In this document: in pieces, positions 50,244-63,317 of the stretch
Layout: the number at the start of each line of letters is the position of its first letter
Numbering within the stretch: position 1 is the first letter of the stretch
Notes under the pieces: model-generated
What the model saw: the letters and a program-made list of their open reading frames with translations, nothing else
Databases searched by the model: none
What the model was told of the DNA's origin: nothing
Assembly: GCA_040954595.2 (NCBI GenBank)
Contig: CM082576.2
Span: 730,648 to 794,647 of the forward strand
Reading direction: 5' to 3'
Source of the DNA: Balanoglossus misakiensis
Lineage: Eukaryota > Animalia > Hemichordata
Length of the DNA stretch: 64,000 nucleotides
Translations under genes and position numbers: made by a program

Positions 50244-53200
50244 AAGTCGCAGGGTTTAAAACAGCTGTGAGCTCGAACCATATCCACTTATTGAGTTCAG
50301 TGTCGATAATATGTTATTTTATTTTCTCTACCTCATTAACACCGTCGGCGATGGCTTTCAGAGTTTGTTCTCTTGGTCCGTCGACTGTCTTGCCATCATC
50401 CTGGGGTCCCCAGCTGGCGCTGTAGATATCAATTACTTGCGGCATGTGACCCATGGATGAGGATTCGATCAGATCTGTCATAAACGGCTGATCCAGCATG
50501 CGTATTCCTTAAAAAAATATATGGATGTGAAATTGATCATTCCCAAAATATTTTCCACATTATGAATTGGGTGTGCGCACTTTTATTTTATAGGATGTGT
50601 GATTAAAATTTGCTACCCTTGCTCTTCACCGAATAGTTGTTTACGAGTTCAGTCATTGAGTTCTCAGGGGAGATCTGTTTGTGAAAATGAAATAAACGTG
50701 TTTTTTTTTTTTTTTCTGTAGGCTTATTTTTTCTTTAAAAGAAACATACTACCCAGGGCCCCTGCCTTGCTGGCCCGTAAGTCACGCCTACGTGCAGTTC
50801 CAAGAAGCCTTTCAGTTGATTCCATGGGGAAAGTAAAGGTTTTTGTCTGAAGACGACAATAGCTTATACATGTATTAGCTTTCTATCCCATTTGGATGAT
50901 CACTGCCTGCTTAGCAATGGTGAATAGAAATGCTATACGTATGTTTCTATTCCCACTACTCGCCCTAGTTCAGTTGTCAAGGTTATACAAGATTAAGTGG
51001 GCAGCCTTTTTTACGTTTTCAAGGTACACTTTCTCATTTGTCTGATCTTGTATAGAACCCACGCATCAGCTTTGTCATATAGATTATTTGCAAAATTGTA
51101 AAGTTTATGTGGACCTCGATTGATTATCTGAAGTTCTGTAAGATAAATGTCTTACCTGCGACTTTAGAGTTGTACGCTACACCAACTACACAAACTGAAT
51201 TGTTAGCTACAGCGGATACCTCCCCTGCACATCGAGTGCCATGGCTGTAAGAAAATATTGCAAAACATGTAAATATTCATACAAGAGTCAATTTGCAGTC
51301 GGACGGTCAACGCATGTGCTTCAAAACGGGGTTAACGTTAACGGGAAAGGATTTCTAGCAAATGCTCCGGCTTACATCGCAAAGTGTCGACTGAGTATTA
51401 TTTTTCAAGTCGTTGATCAGTGTTGAAACTGTGTTAGAAGTGTGTAAAAAATCTTACCTGTTGAACCAGTCGACTGTGTACCTGGGGTAAGGGTACTGAT
51501 CGTCACTGCTGAAGTCATAGCTAGCCTCAGCGTGGTAGTTTGGCGCTATATCGGGGTGCATGTAGTCGATTCCTGGATGGAGGGAAGAGACAGGCAAAAT
51601 GTGACGTGTGATGAAAAAATCTCATGTAGAAAATGTATCTGTTTTAGTTTATTACTCGCCCGCCATTTCGTCTGGTATTCGCGTTATATTACATCCATAT
51701 ACCCAAGTCTGCAACCTAACAAGAATGGAGAATTGCTCATGTCTTACCGTCATCCATAATTGCTATGACGACGCCTTTTCCCGTCACTCCTTGTTCCCAA
51801 GCGTTGAGAACGTTGAGATCCAAACCAGGTTTACCATCGGCCTGACCAGTGTTTTCCTGTGTGATAAAATTGAATTGTCGTCAATACAAATCTGCAGACA
51901 TGTGTTGCGTCTCATGTACAATTACATAGGCTGACGGTTATCACCCCCAATGAGCTTCGATTCTTAAACAAGGTGAAACAATTGATGCAATAGGCCTCTG
52001 GCAACAACACAAGGCAGTGTCCGAACGCCTTTCCAGTTTATCATGCATTAGCAATAAAAGGTTAAATGCACGTTAAGATAAGCAATTCAATTTGGCAAAT
52101 TTAGTAGACTGTAGCTGGTGCCCGGAGATGGTGAAGCTAATGGCTTGTAGACGGACAAGTTCCAATATCAAGTTTGTCGATAGAGATCCAAGAAAATTGA
52201 GTAATATCCGCATAACCTGATTACTTACCAAATACCATTGTTTGCCAAAAAGTTCATCATTGTATTTGAGATGGGATTTGTGGGCATGTTCTGGTGGCAA
52301 GTCATCGTCACTTGTTGGGACGTAGGATCTTTTTAAATCTTTGAAGCCTCTTTTGGTTCGCCTGAAGCCTTCCTGTTGAACAACTCTTGCGACCTGGAGA
52401 GAAAGGCAGAAAACAGGAGAGGAACTCACTCACTGGACTGTTCTTAATGGTGCCGTGTCTGTTATCTGGTGACTGTTGGTGACTGTCTGAAATTATGTCA
52501 TGATGAGTACCGTTCGGCACCATTATACACCTACATCAAAATCTTAATCGACAACGACCAAGAATGAAAAACATTGGTGACAAACAGAACAATTTTGGAC
52601 GACGCATCACCCGTCAGCATGATAAAATCTTATTGCAAGTAGTGTTCACTTTCCAAAACTTTATCTTCTCATGTATATAAATGTTTATTTAAAAACTGAA
52701 AATGAAGGCAAATTCTGGATATTCATCACTAAAACGGGAGATTTCATGTTTGGTTCACCTGCATGTGTGGTACAACGCCGGCCCACCGCAGTCAGGTAAA
52801 ATTATAATATCAGTAACTGTACAACATAATATGAGCAGTGCCACTTGTAATATCACTCAACCCGATGGTCATCATGTTGTTTTTCGCGCTGAGAAAATGG
52901 GGAAAACACTTGCTCCGTGTCATGCTTTCTCAGCTGGAGTCATACTTTCTAAAAATGGCGATGGAAACGTCAGCAAGATTATCACGCTCTGACACGGTCG
53001 TTGCCACCAACTCTGGTTTCGTCGGCAACGCGATCATTAATGTTGTAAGGTTACGAGTGACGTCATAGTGACGGTGTAGGCACCTTGGGGGTAAACACGG
53101 GGGGGGGTGTTATGTTGTTCCCTCCTGACGGTGAAACTCTTGAACATCTGGTTACCCTTGGAGATACCTTTTACATGGCGTCATATCAGAAATAATCCAA

Positions 53201-56200
53201 CAAACGGACTGGAAACATTAACACCAGAATATCAGAATCAATTATACATGTGGTCTCAGTTCTGACGACATTGTTGAGTGGGGGTCTGCGTTTTACGCTC
53301 ATCTTTCTTAGATACATCATGGAGGTCTCACACCAAGCTTGTCGCTTTAAAACAGCTTTTGGCGTTCCAATATTCCGGAAATTGTTATGTACATAATAAG
53401 GAGCAACATTTATCATTAAACTATAACATATAACTGCAACGTATGAGTTCAGTTTAGCGGTTGTCGCCCAACTTCCAAAAAGTGATCAGAATACATTGCC
53501 AAGCACTTAGCATGTCATCATTATGTCACTGTTCAACCAGATAATAGGTGGATGTATTTAATGTACATGTATTCGCACTAAAAGTAACCATAGCAAAAAG
53601 TGAGAGGTCGTACATTAATACTCATTAGATATGCAGTTCAGTCATTAATACACGCGGAGGGACGACCATCATAGGCAAGCCGAGTTCCTCAATGATTGGT
53701 ATATCCTCCCCATGCCAGACATCAGAAAACACAAAAATCACCCGCCCGTGTGGAAAAATATACAAGTACAGACAATCATCTCGTTGAAACCTTTGCGAAA
53801 GTCCGATTGATACTTCCATGTTACGACGGACGTCTATGTGGTTACCATGGTGACAGTAGCGAAATGCACTAATCATAAGAAAAACCTTAAGTGCAAATTA
53901 TTTGTATAATCTCTAAGTTCCTGACAAACCAGTGCCTATGCCCTAGTTTTTTAATCCGTCAATAATATTGACAATTAATAAAATTACAATTTTTCCCACA
54001 TAAAAATCCATAACATGAATTCTAGAATGCATTATTGTAGACTTACGGCTGGATCCGATTCCAAGGCGCTGACGTAATCTATACTTCGTTTTGAACGGTG
54101 CAGTGGAACCTTTTCGTGAACAAAATGGTGAAGGTGTGGCAAATTACGTATCTGAAACAAAGAAGAAATAACAATTAAAAAAATCACGAATCTGGATGAT
54201 CTCATCTGACAACGATGTCATCTTAGAATATACCAGGCATTGTAACCGCGTCGCTTCAGACGACTCTAAAGTTTTACACAAATTACGATGACCAGTTGAA
54301 TGAGTGAGTGAATGATTTATTCAGCGAAATATAAGCAAGTTCTTATGTGAGAAGCACTAATTTTGTCCCATTGGATTAATTCATATGCACTTTCTTTTCT
54401 TGTCTTTTTATTCAGAGCCGTCTGCTATTATGAATTATGTATGTCAGAAAGAATGATTAAATGCTTGCGAAGAATCATTCAGACTCGTATGTGTGCCTCG
54501 AGTGAGTTCGTCGGGGCCCAACAGCATCCGTCTTGTAGAATTTTCCATTTCTTCAGAAAACATTCGCAAATTTTAGCTTTTCAGAATGAGTGCTTTTTCT
54601 ACTGTAGTGAACACAACACAACACAATACGTTTTATTTATAGATGAGAGACACATTTCGAATGCGCGTCGCGCCAAGCAGTATTTTAGATTCAAGATCCA
54701 GCCAATGATAACATTAACAGATTAAGATATTGCATAGGGTGGTCACATGATAGAGTTGTACTGGTCCAGTGCAGAAAAGTCAATCACGGGCACATCAATA
54801 TTTGCATACATGAGACTACACACTGAACACTTTAAGAATTCAGTTAGCACAAAACTGATTGGCTCGGTTTCAAAATCCAGTCATGGGATCACCGTGACTC
54901 TGCACATGGTCTATCAACTGTCACTCATTCTCAGATAGCGGTAAATGCTAAAACGTGCTTAAATACAAAAGAATGAAACGGGAAAACAGAATGTTTCCCA
55001 TCCACCTCGGCATAAAAAAAATTATAATAAAAAACAAACTTTTGATGCCACAAAATGGATTTCGAATTGAAAAACGTCTTCATAGAAATGGTGCATTGTT
55101 GTTAGTGTTAGTATTGCACGTGCGCGTGCACGTTTATTGTTTTCCAAGGCCTCCAGCCCACAATTGCATTGTTGTTCAAGTGTTGTGATGGCGAAATGAT
55201 GTTGAAAATCATGCTACTCGGCATCCAGATCATTGATGACGTCATATAGAAGTGCCACGATCAAGCAGTACTGACCTTCATCAAATCGCTCAAAACAAAA
55301 CTAAAACAGCAAATTTGCATGTTTCTGACCCCAATTAATATGACTCGAAACGGAGTTGAGTCGACATGAGAATATATTCAATCAGTCATGCCCGCCGGTA
55401 ACTGGGCAAACTGACATTTCCTAAACATTTCAGGAACAATTCTTTTGGAGAAGTGTATTATGTTTGCCACGAATTGGTGTTATTATGATATTCACTTGAA
55501 TCCAATGACGTCATAAGCTATTCCCAATTATCACATCCCAAAGCCAATTAAAAACACTTATTTCAAATAATCTTTCTGCATCTGCAACCGTCTTCTCAAA
55601 TATCCCTACCCACTACAATTACTTTCCAATCATCTATGGCCCACCTAAACCTCCTACCCCTGATATGTGATTCTTTTTCGTATTTAAAGAAGGTATTTTC
55701 AATAACTGGCAATATGTCATTCGGTATTTTTGTTCAAAGAAGAAAATGTCAAATATATATAGTGGCATTTTATAGTTACTCAGCATGAATGACGTTTGTC
55801 GCCACTTAATATTTCAGCCTCTATGGATCAAACTATGCGATTGCTGCTTGCAAAAATTTCCTAAAACATCGACTTTTGATGATGTATTTATCTCCCCCAA
55901 GCATTTTGGGTGTTAAACATGTCTATGTTACCATGGACATGATTTTACAGGCTAACAGTGACATATGGAAGAGAGGGATGTTTAAAACAGATGTCATCAA
56001 AACCATTGTCTAGTAATTTGCTGCAGTATCGTAGCTCGAGGTTTTAAAGGTGTAGGCCCTACTTCCGGTGCAGAAGGACAGCGTAGGTGGAGCAATTTAT
56101 TGACACCCATTATGAAGGAGTGGTTGTGGCAAGAATTGACGCCGCGTAAAAATGCTCGTTTCAAAATCGGAACAGCTTTATTTCGCACTTGTCACACAAT

Positions 56201-58180
56201 CTGAATCGACATTACAACATGCAAGAAATCTCCACAGAACAGGCGAACGTTTCATCACATATCGAAAGGCGGCTCGTCGATTACACGGTCGCCAGAACCA
56301 TTAATAATGGTTGCTCGATAGTATCATCTTAAAACAATGCTGTTTCTATCACGTTGATTAATATAATCAATGGAAGAACGAGGAAAGGGCAGCCATGTAT
56401 TTACATTTCACTTTAACACTAATGTTCAACGGCAGTTGACAGTAATTGATGACGTCATGAGATCTACGCCTCCGGGTTGGACAGTGAAATCGTTCGGATC
56501 TTGAGACACCACACATCGCTGAAATGAGTCGCCATTTTGGTGATTTATGCAGAGAATTTGAAACGAACGACAACCGATTAGATTAACCTCTCGCGGGGGA
56601 ATAGTTTCGGTTTAGATATGGGGCCTAATATGTTTTACAATAAAAAATACATTATTATTAACGTGAACGTTGTTGATCGTTCCAACACAAGCCCTTTTCT
56701 CATTAGTACTGTGGTAGCTGTTTTAACGGAAGTGCTGATGAAGACCATACTTAAATTTCCAGAATCTTTTTGTGTGTGTGCAGATAGCATGGATGACGTA
56801 AAACAACCAATAATTCAGTGGCAAATATTGTCACACTTAAAGCATTGTGGGGCCCTTTGATAAATTGAACAAGCTCTCCCCACGCAGGTGATGAACAAGT
56901 CGTAAATAAATTAATCACTTTTCTTGCGAAAATTTAGCAGCAGAGCGCAGTGTTGGTTTAATTTTTATGAGGGGCCCAATGGTTTGTGCAGGTGATCGTA
57001 ATACAAAATGATCACGACTATACTGTTTAATATTATACTACTTGAAGTGAAGGCCCGTTCAAGGCATCACAGCTGTGAGTCGTGTTCCTTTGCCCTTCTG
57101 TCGGAAATGCATAGAAAATGAAGACATTAAATATTTTACCGGAAAGAATTTTTTTTATCAAGAAATGTGGAAATCTCCCATGTATGAGGAATATATTCTC
57201 AATATTCTGCCGTATACATTGCCCTACATGGTTATAAAAAAGATTAATGAATTCTTTGAATCTTAGTGTCGAAAAGGCTTGATAGAAATTTGCGAAAGCA
57301 GGTCGAAAGATAACGTCATACGGTTAGCAAAGATTCCTACATTTGTCTTGTAACGATTACCCGTGTATTGTTTTTGTCCGATCGAAATGGACAACGATAT
57401 ATACGGTTGGCGTATCCAATATGTATTGATCGGAAAGCCAACCCGTGACGAACCCAAGGCGAGATGCAGACAAGGTAGTGTACGTGTATCATGGTGACAC
57501 ACATCTCCATATGGTGTTGACACTAGTAAACGATGCATAGCACGTTTCAGTTGTTAACTAACAAAAATGAGACTAGAACCACCAGGTAAGCAAAACGATC
57601 ACGTATTTACTGTGGATGACACGTAAGATGGCGTTCTAGTCTTAATTATGTCTTCATCTTTTTCACATCGGTTCATTGATGATAACCCCGACAACAATGC
57701 ACACTGCGTGTTATAGGCGCCACGTCAGGCTCGTTAGAGGCTCCCCATCGAATAACATCTCCCATTTTCCTTGTTCGATTTTCCTAAGTTCGTGGAATAT
57801 GGACGTCGGATACGACAGAATTTTGTCAACAAATTGCATTTGTACGTCATACTAGCTTTTATACATAAATTTGCAGAATGTATTTTTCTCTCACATCCGC
57901 TTAACGTGGTGATTTCCTCATTACTGATTTTCATTCGTTTCCTCATCAAGCTTTGAGATTTCAAGATAGGCATGTATTTAAAATTACAAAAATAAAACTG
58001 TCTTACCGATCTCTTGTATATAAAACCATTTCTGGTGGCTATGTCTCTTGGGTCGTCGTCCGCACCGTGTTTCAGCTCCACTATGAAATCATTCTGGTAA
58101 ATTTTTGAAGCATAGATGTTCACTAGACATACACCTAGAAAAACCAGTACATATACTGGCCATTTTAAAGATAAGAACAT
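47939..58180 (-). CDS. PCSK2: Neuroendocrine convertase 2 (prohormone convertase PC2), 800 aa
   Basis: Exons: 58007-58180, 54047-54151, 52229-52393, 51748-51856, 51458-51572, 51156-51244, 50332-50507, 49963-50178, 49636-49736, 49091-49318, 47939-48863, phases continuous. Signal peptide present. Propeptide sites RSKR and RTKR. Catalytic triad [24 protein letters not shown]2-diagnostic Asp oxyanion hole WASGDGG and [12 protein letters not shown]-domain with RRGD ending LVLHGT. Confidence 0.97.
50211..50242. repeat. (AG)16 microsatellite in a PCSK2 intron
   Basis: Seen directly; it reads as (CT)n on the coding strand, upstream of the 3' splice site at 50179. Confidence 0.9.
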
Positions 58181-58299
58181 CGTACGGCGGCCGAGAGGTA
58201 GGGGAGATTTTGCTGTCGGCTGATCGTCGGGAACGAAAAAGAAACGCCAAATATTTCCTCAGCTACTCATCTGTCGTAATTGTCGTGTATAGAGTATAA

Positions 58300-59060
58300 A
58301 CATGTATTGTCGAAATCCCCAAAAGCGGCGCAATTCCTCCCTGTCTTACCGCTCGCTCGTTGACGTCTTTTCCTTGAGTGACTCAGGGAGAAAGACATAA
58401 ATTATTAATGCACCTGAGACGAATGTAAATTCTCATTATAATGCAAATTCTTCTGACCGTACAATATCCTCTTCATTGGGGATCGTTCTGTGCAATTTGC
58501 ATATAATATGCGTTTATGAAGATTTTGTGACGTCACTAGGCGCCATCGAAAATATGGCGGTCGATTATTTTTAGATGTCGGCGCTAAGTACCTTTCCTCC
58601 ATCGTTTGCACAGGCGGAATTTTGTAGAGTAGTAATTGTAACAATAAAATGGAATGACTTTTTAGCAACGACACCAGTGATCTTCTTGATGAATTCGGCA
58701 AATATGACTTATAATCCGTCTCAGATGCTTATGACTGTTTTATTAATAACCCGAGAAAGAAGACAACACCAGGATTTCTTTGTCAAATCGGCAATAATGG
58801 ATGAGCAACGGTCACCATAGTAATCGGAAAATGACGATACCCAGTGTATTTGGAGAAAACAAGCGCAGTCAGCTTCGGAATAATTCTTTCGTTGCACTAC
58901 TTTGTATTAGAAAATAATTAAATTAATTTCAGTCACAGTTTTTCGATCAATGCAAGGGTGTGAATAAACATGATTTGACGTCAGGTAATGAATATATTAC
59001 CTTCATTAAACCAAGGCTACGCGTGAAACGTTACCATGGCAACTTGTGACGTAGTGGAAG
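58300..59060 (-). promoter_or_regulatory. PCSK2 proximal promoter with CRE and RFX X-box motifs
   Basis: TGACGTCA at 58528-58535 and 58976-58983; GTTACCATGGCAAC at 59030-59043; X-box-like GTCACCATAGTAAT at 58811-58824; AP-1-like TGACTCA near 58379; CpG-rich sequence directly upstream of the ATG. Confidence 0.55.
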
Positions 59061-62000
59061 GCATAAACAATTAGGCGCTTTTTCCTCTTATTATTTATAT
59101 GGATCAGATAGCAATGGATTCGATGACACTATAAAAATCATCACCAGATAAACGAGTGATACGAAGGATTGGCCCAGTTTCTACGAATTAAACTGTCGAT
59201 TTCTTGAGCAACCGGCATGGTTTTCTCCGATAACAGACATGTTTTGGAAGTAACATTACCACATAACTTTTTGTATTCATCTTGTCTTGTGACGTCTTCA
59301 AATATGTTTTATTGTCAACTGATCTCTTGTGTTTGTATTTTGGTTTGTTGCCTTCCCAATATTCCAATAGAAGAATGGTATGTCCAGAGTTTTCTGTCAC
59401 TGTGTGGACTACAGTAACCACAGGAACTATTTTGACTTATATTTATTTAATACATGTACATATAGAAAAATACACTATTTTCTTTTTACAAGAAACCTAA
59501 CAAGCCTGATCCATTAGTTTGTTTTATCCAGACCTAAATATAATACTTCTGGATCTTGTTGAAATCTGTAAATACACATGTACCTTTTCTACCATAGATA
59601 ACATGTCAAATGGTACAGAGCTAAAATACAAACTCCAGACCCTGCAGCATGAAGCACAAAGGGTGGGCCACGGTTAATTTGAACTCTGACCTCAGTGATG
59701 AGGGGCAGAATTTGAGTATACAATTCACGGCAAACACACACTGTAAATACATTTAATCAATAAAGACAATGTTGGCTCTATGTACCATCTTACTTTGGCT
59801 CTACGTACAAAATATAAAGTTTGACCCTTTGCACCAAGACCCCCTTGATAACCTTTGATACCTTTGGAAGTTCAGTTTTCTTCTGTGCTGGGTTCAAAGG
59901 GGGAGTGGATGATTTGATTTGCTGGACGGATATAAAAATCAGAATATAACCCACAGACATTAAATGGCTGTTATTCACAAATGCAGAATTTTTGTTTTGT
60001 TTTGAGGGAAGAGAGAGCTAGGCCCAAGGATTTCATAGTTCAATCTGTTCCACCCAACTCTCCTGTAAATTAAAGTGGTCTACCTACGCTATTTAAGACA
60101 TCAGGTGAAACCAAAGTAGAGCTCTGAAGGAAGGGGCTGTTTGAGAGTGAAATGAATGTGATACTACCATAGATAGATGAAGGTGTGTTGGTAGTGTTCT
60201 AATCTAGCAGATAGTTGAAGGTAAAGCTATTAGCAAATGATGGGTGTGGTTGACCATTTCTCCTACTAGTTCACCATGGAAACCGATACTTTTAGTTCGT
60301 GTGATAAGCAATCAGCGCATTGCTGTGACAGTTAAACTAGACTAGGATTATCTCATTGATTAAATTGAGGGATAAATTTACAGATGTTTCTATGTCTTCG
60401 AATACACAATTCCTGCTGGATGTTCACATGTCAGGTTTTGCCACAGATTTCACAGAAGAGTTGTGCGAAATGACACTTAAACCACATTCTAAGTTACATT
60501 TGACCCCGAAATGCAATGAATGTCAAAATGTGGTCGGTTTGGACATCAATGAGAAATCTTGCACAGCAATGCATTATTGGAAAGACTGAAGAGCTGACTC
60601 CGACGTGGGCAGAGGTGACTGTAATCTGCAGCAGAGATTAGAACTAGAAAGGAAATGAAATTGTTTGACATGAATGCCAGTGGTATATCAGGGGCAACTT
60701 CTCATATTTCATGTCTTAAATAATTGACCCATAATATTCCATGGTAACCAAGATGTGTGCTTTGCTTCCTGGAGATGTAACCAAGGACACAGCAGCCACT
60801 ACTTCTTGTCATTGTTAAAGCTTTTGAACCTCTGTTACAGTTGAAGACAACACGTAATAAAATTACAGTATAAAAACATGATCCATGAACAACTTCAGGA
60901 AGGTACAAAAAAATCAATTTACTCCACGCATTCCTCTCAAACTTTGCTAAGATTAATATGCACAATACAATATTTAATTAAAACATTTAAATTTTTTGCC
61001 TTAAAGTACATTTGACATTTTGAGTCCACTTTTCTAATTTTCCAGTTCTGGAGCATGTGTTATACATACAAACTGCATCTGGATTTCAGGCAATAATTAA
61101 ATAAAGTGGTGCCCAAAATTCTAAGGATAAGCTATGGCTTCAAAGAGAATTTTTACAGTGGCAGAGTTGGACAGAATGGGTTGGCAAAACTTGAATAAGT
61201 AAATTAACACCAGACAGAGGTGAGAAAAGGAAGTGTGATGTCATCAGTCTGCGTGTTCTTCACTGGTTTTGATAGAAAAACCAGACAAAGACTGGAGACT
61301 CTCAATGACATTATACTTCATTTGAAAGAACCTCTTCTCTTCCAGGAATCTTTTCAATTAGATGAACATCCTGTGGTTACATCAATTTACACAAGGGCAG
61401 GATTATACACTGTTAGAAAGACCATCACTGAAGGAGAGAATGACGCTCCATGCACTTTGTGAAAACAAATCTGATCCCATTACCAAATTGGATTCCGACA
61501 ACAGAAACAGCAAACTCCATTCTGCAAAGCCCCTTTTCCTGCGCCAATGCCGTGTGACTAATGTGTCGCAGAAAAAAATTTGATCCCAACTGACCACTTT
61601 CATTTCATAATTACTGTAATTTTACCCCAACAGGACATTTCTAGAGACTGATGTTCAAATTTTCCTGAAAAAATTCAAGGTATGCAAGTATTCAGCCCCG
61701 TCAAAATACCAAAAATAATCTTCTCAATATCAGGTAATCTCTACATGTAATTAATCTTCTATTTCAGATTTAATCTCTAATTTGAATAATCCATGAAATC
61801 AAGATTAATAATCAGAGTACTATTTGATTAAATTAAATTAAGATTCCTACCAATTTCCACAATAAATTGGGTGGTAGACGTCAATTTTAAGAAGACATAA
61901 AGTTAATATTGAAAATATACATTAAATCTTTGGAGATGGTGAGAGTGGTATGGGTGCAATGAGCAACTGAGAAGAGTCTGCAAATATCAGTGGAAAACAA

Positions 62001-63176
62001 TAAAGACCAGAAAAAAATCAGTAATTGAAAACCAGGAGAGATGAAGGTGAGAGCTAATGGTCTTGTCTGTCTGGTAAGGCTTGATCCCTTGCAAGATTCC
62101 CACGTTGAGAAAAAAAATATCTTGGGGATGAGCTTTTAGAGAGCTGCAGGGAGTAATCTCAGAATGAGAACTGACTGAACTGTCCATTCGTCACTGTCCT
62201 TGATGATCATTTGCAAGGAAGAAGAAACATTCCACATTTCATTGTTTGGAAGATTGCGGACAAAACTGTAATAAACGTGTATTCATTACTTTTTTGAGGT
62301 TTCATGTGGGATGAGTCGCACACTGTATTCATGATGCATGAACTATCAAATTTTTTGTGTGAAACTCAAAACTGCCAGGATTTTCGTCTTTGGTGAAAAT
62401 AAGTGGTGATATTGAAAAATTAATATCTGTAACAGGCTAAATGAAGCAGTGATACAATTTTGTAATCATTCAGATAAAACTGCATAGACAATGATCACTT
62501 CATCTTTTCAAAAAGTTCAACAAATATGGCATTTAACTCAGCCAAGTGTCAAGGCAGCTTCTACAGATACAAAATACAAGCAATCAAACACAAAAAAACT
62601 GAGTGTATTGATCACCTGCAAAACATCAATCAATGTAGCCCCAATTTTCAAAACAAATGTGCTGTTACTGTGGCAACAAAATATTGCCAAGCTAATCGCA
62701 AACTTCGATGAGTCTTGATCAGGTAATTTCTTGTCTGGAGGGGAAAAAATCAATATTTGGTTTCCGGTGATGCAAATCTTTGACCTTTGACCCTCAGGTG
62801 CTACCATATATCATGCATATTTGGCATGTGTTGTTTTGTAGAAGCACACAACGTGTTTCAAACAAGGTAAAACAACAACACTAAATGAACTACTTTGGCA
62901 ATTTCTTTCACACTGTCAGGCAAATAAAAACCCTGAAAAATAATTTGGCAAACATTGATCCTTCATGTGAAAATTCAAATTTGATACAGAACGGACAGAA
63001 AATGAAATTGTGATACATACTAAATCAACTATTTATTACTAGCATTTGGCATATCTAATTTCTCTCGTTACCCACAGTCCTTCTAATGTTTTTGTACAAT
63101 ATTTGCATAGAGTTTTTGCCTTCCGTCATTTGTCACAATGGAGAGCTTCATCAATAGTGGTTGTCATGGTGCTGCA

Positions 63177-63317
63177 TCACTCCTCTTCGTCATCAGAGTC
63201 ACTTTCATCTCCTTCCGTTGATACTTTATTCTTTTCCATATCGTCAATCTCCAAAACAAGTTGAGAATGCTCTTCCAATAGTTGCTGCAATTCAGTCTGT
63301 TTCCGACTGGCACTTTC
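63177..63317 (-). CDS. Terminal coding exon of an unidentified gene entering from the right edge (coiled-coil-like segment with acidic end)
   Basis: Polypyrimidine tract and CAG acceptor at 63318-63320, then ESASRKQTELQQLLEEHSQLVLEIDDMEKNKVSTEGDESDSDDEEE-stop. I do not recognise the family. Confidence 0.6.
   Translation of the reverse strand, partial: ESASRKQTELQQLLEEHSQLVLEIDDMEKNKVSTEGDESDSDDEEE

Noticed and set aside
38567-50510. Three AAG 3' splice sites (38569, 49319, 50508)
   Set aside because: AAG acceptors are a normal minority class; all donors are GT with U2-type consensus.
51181-51192. CVVGVAY instead of CGVGVAY in the PC2 catalytic domain
   Set aside because: This position varies among convertases; all catalytic residues are intact.
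60356-61603. Short plus- and minus-strand ORFs between PCSK2 and the right-hand gene
   Set aside because: No homology signal or exon structure; probably UTR or decayed repeat.
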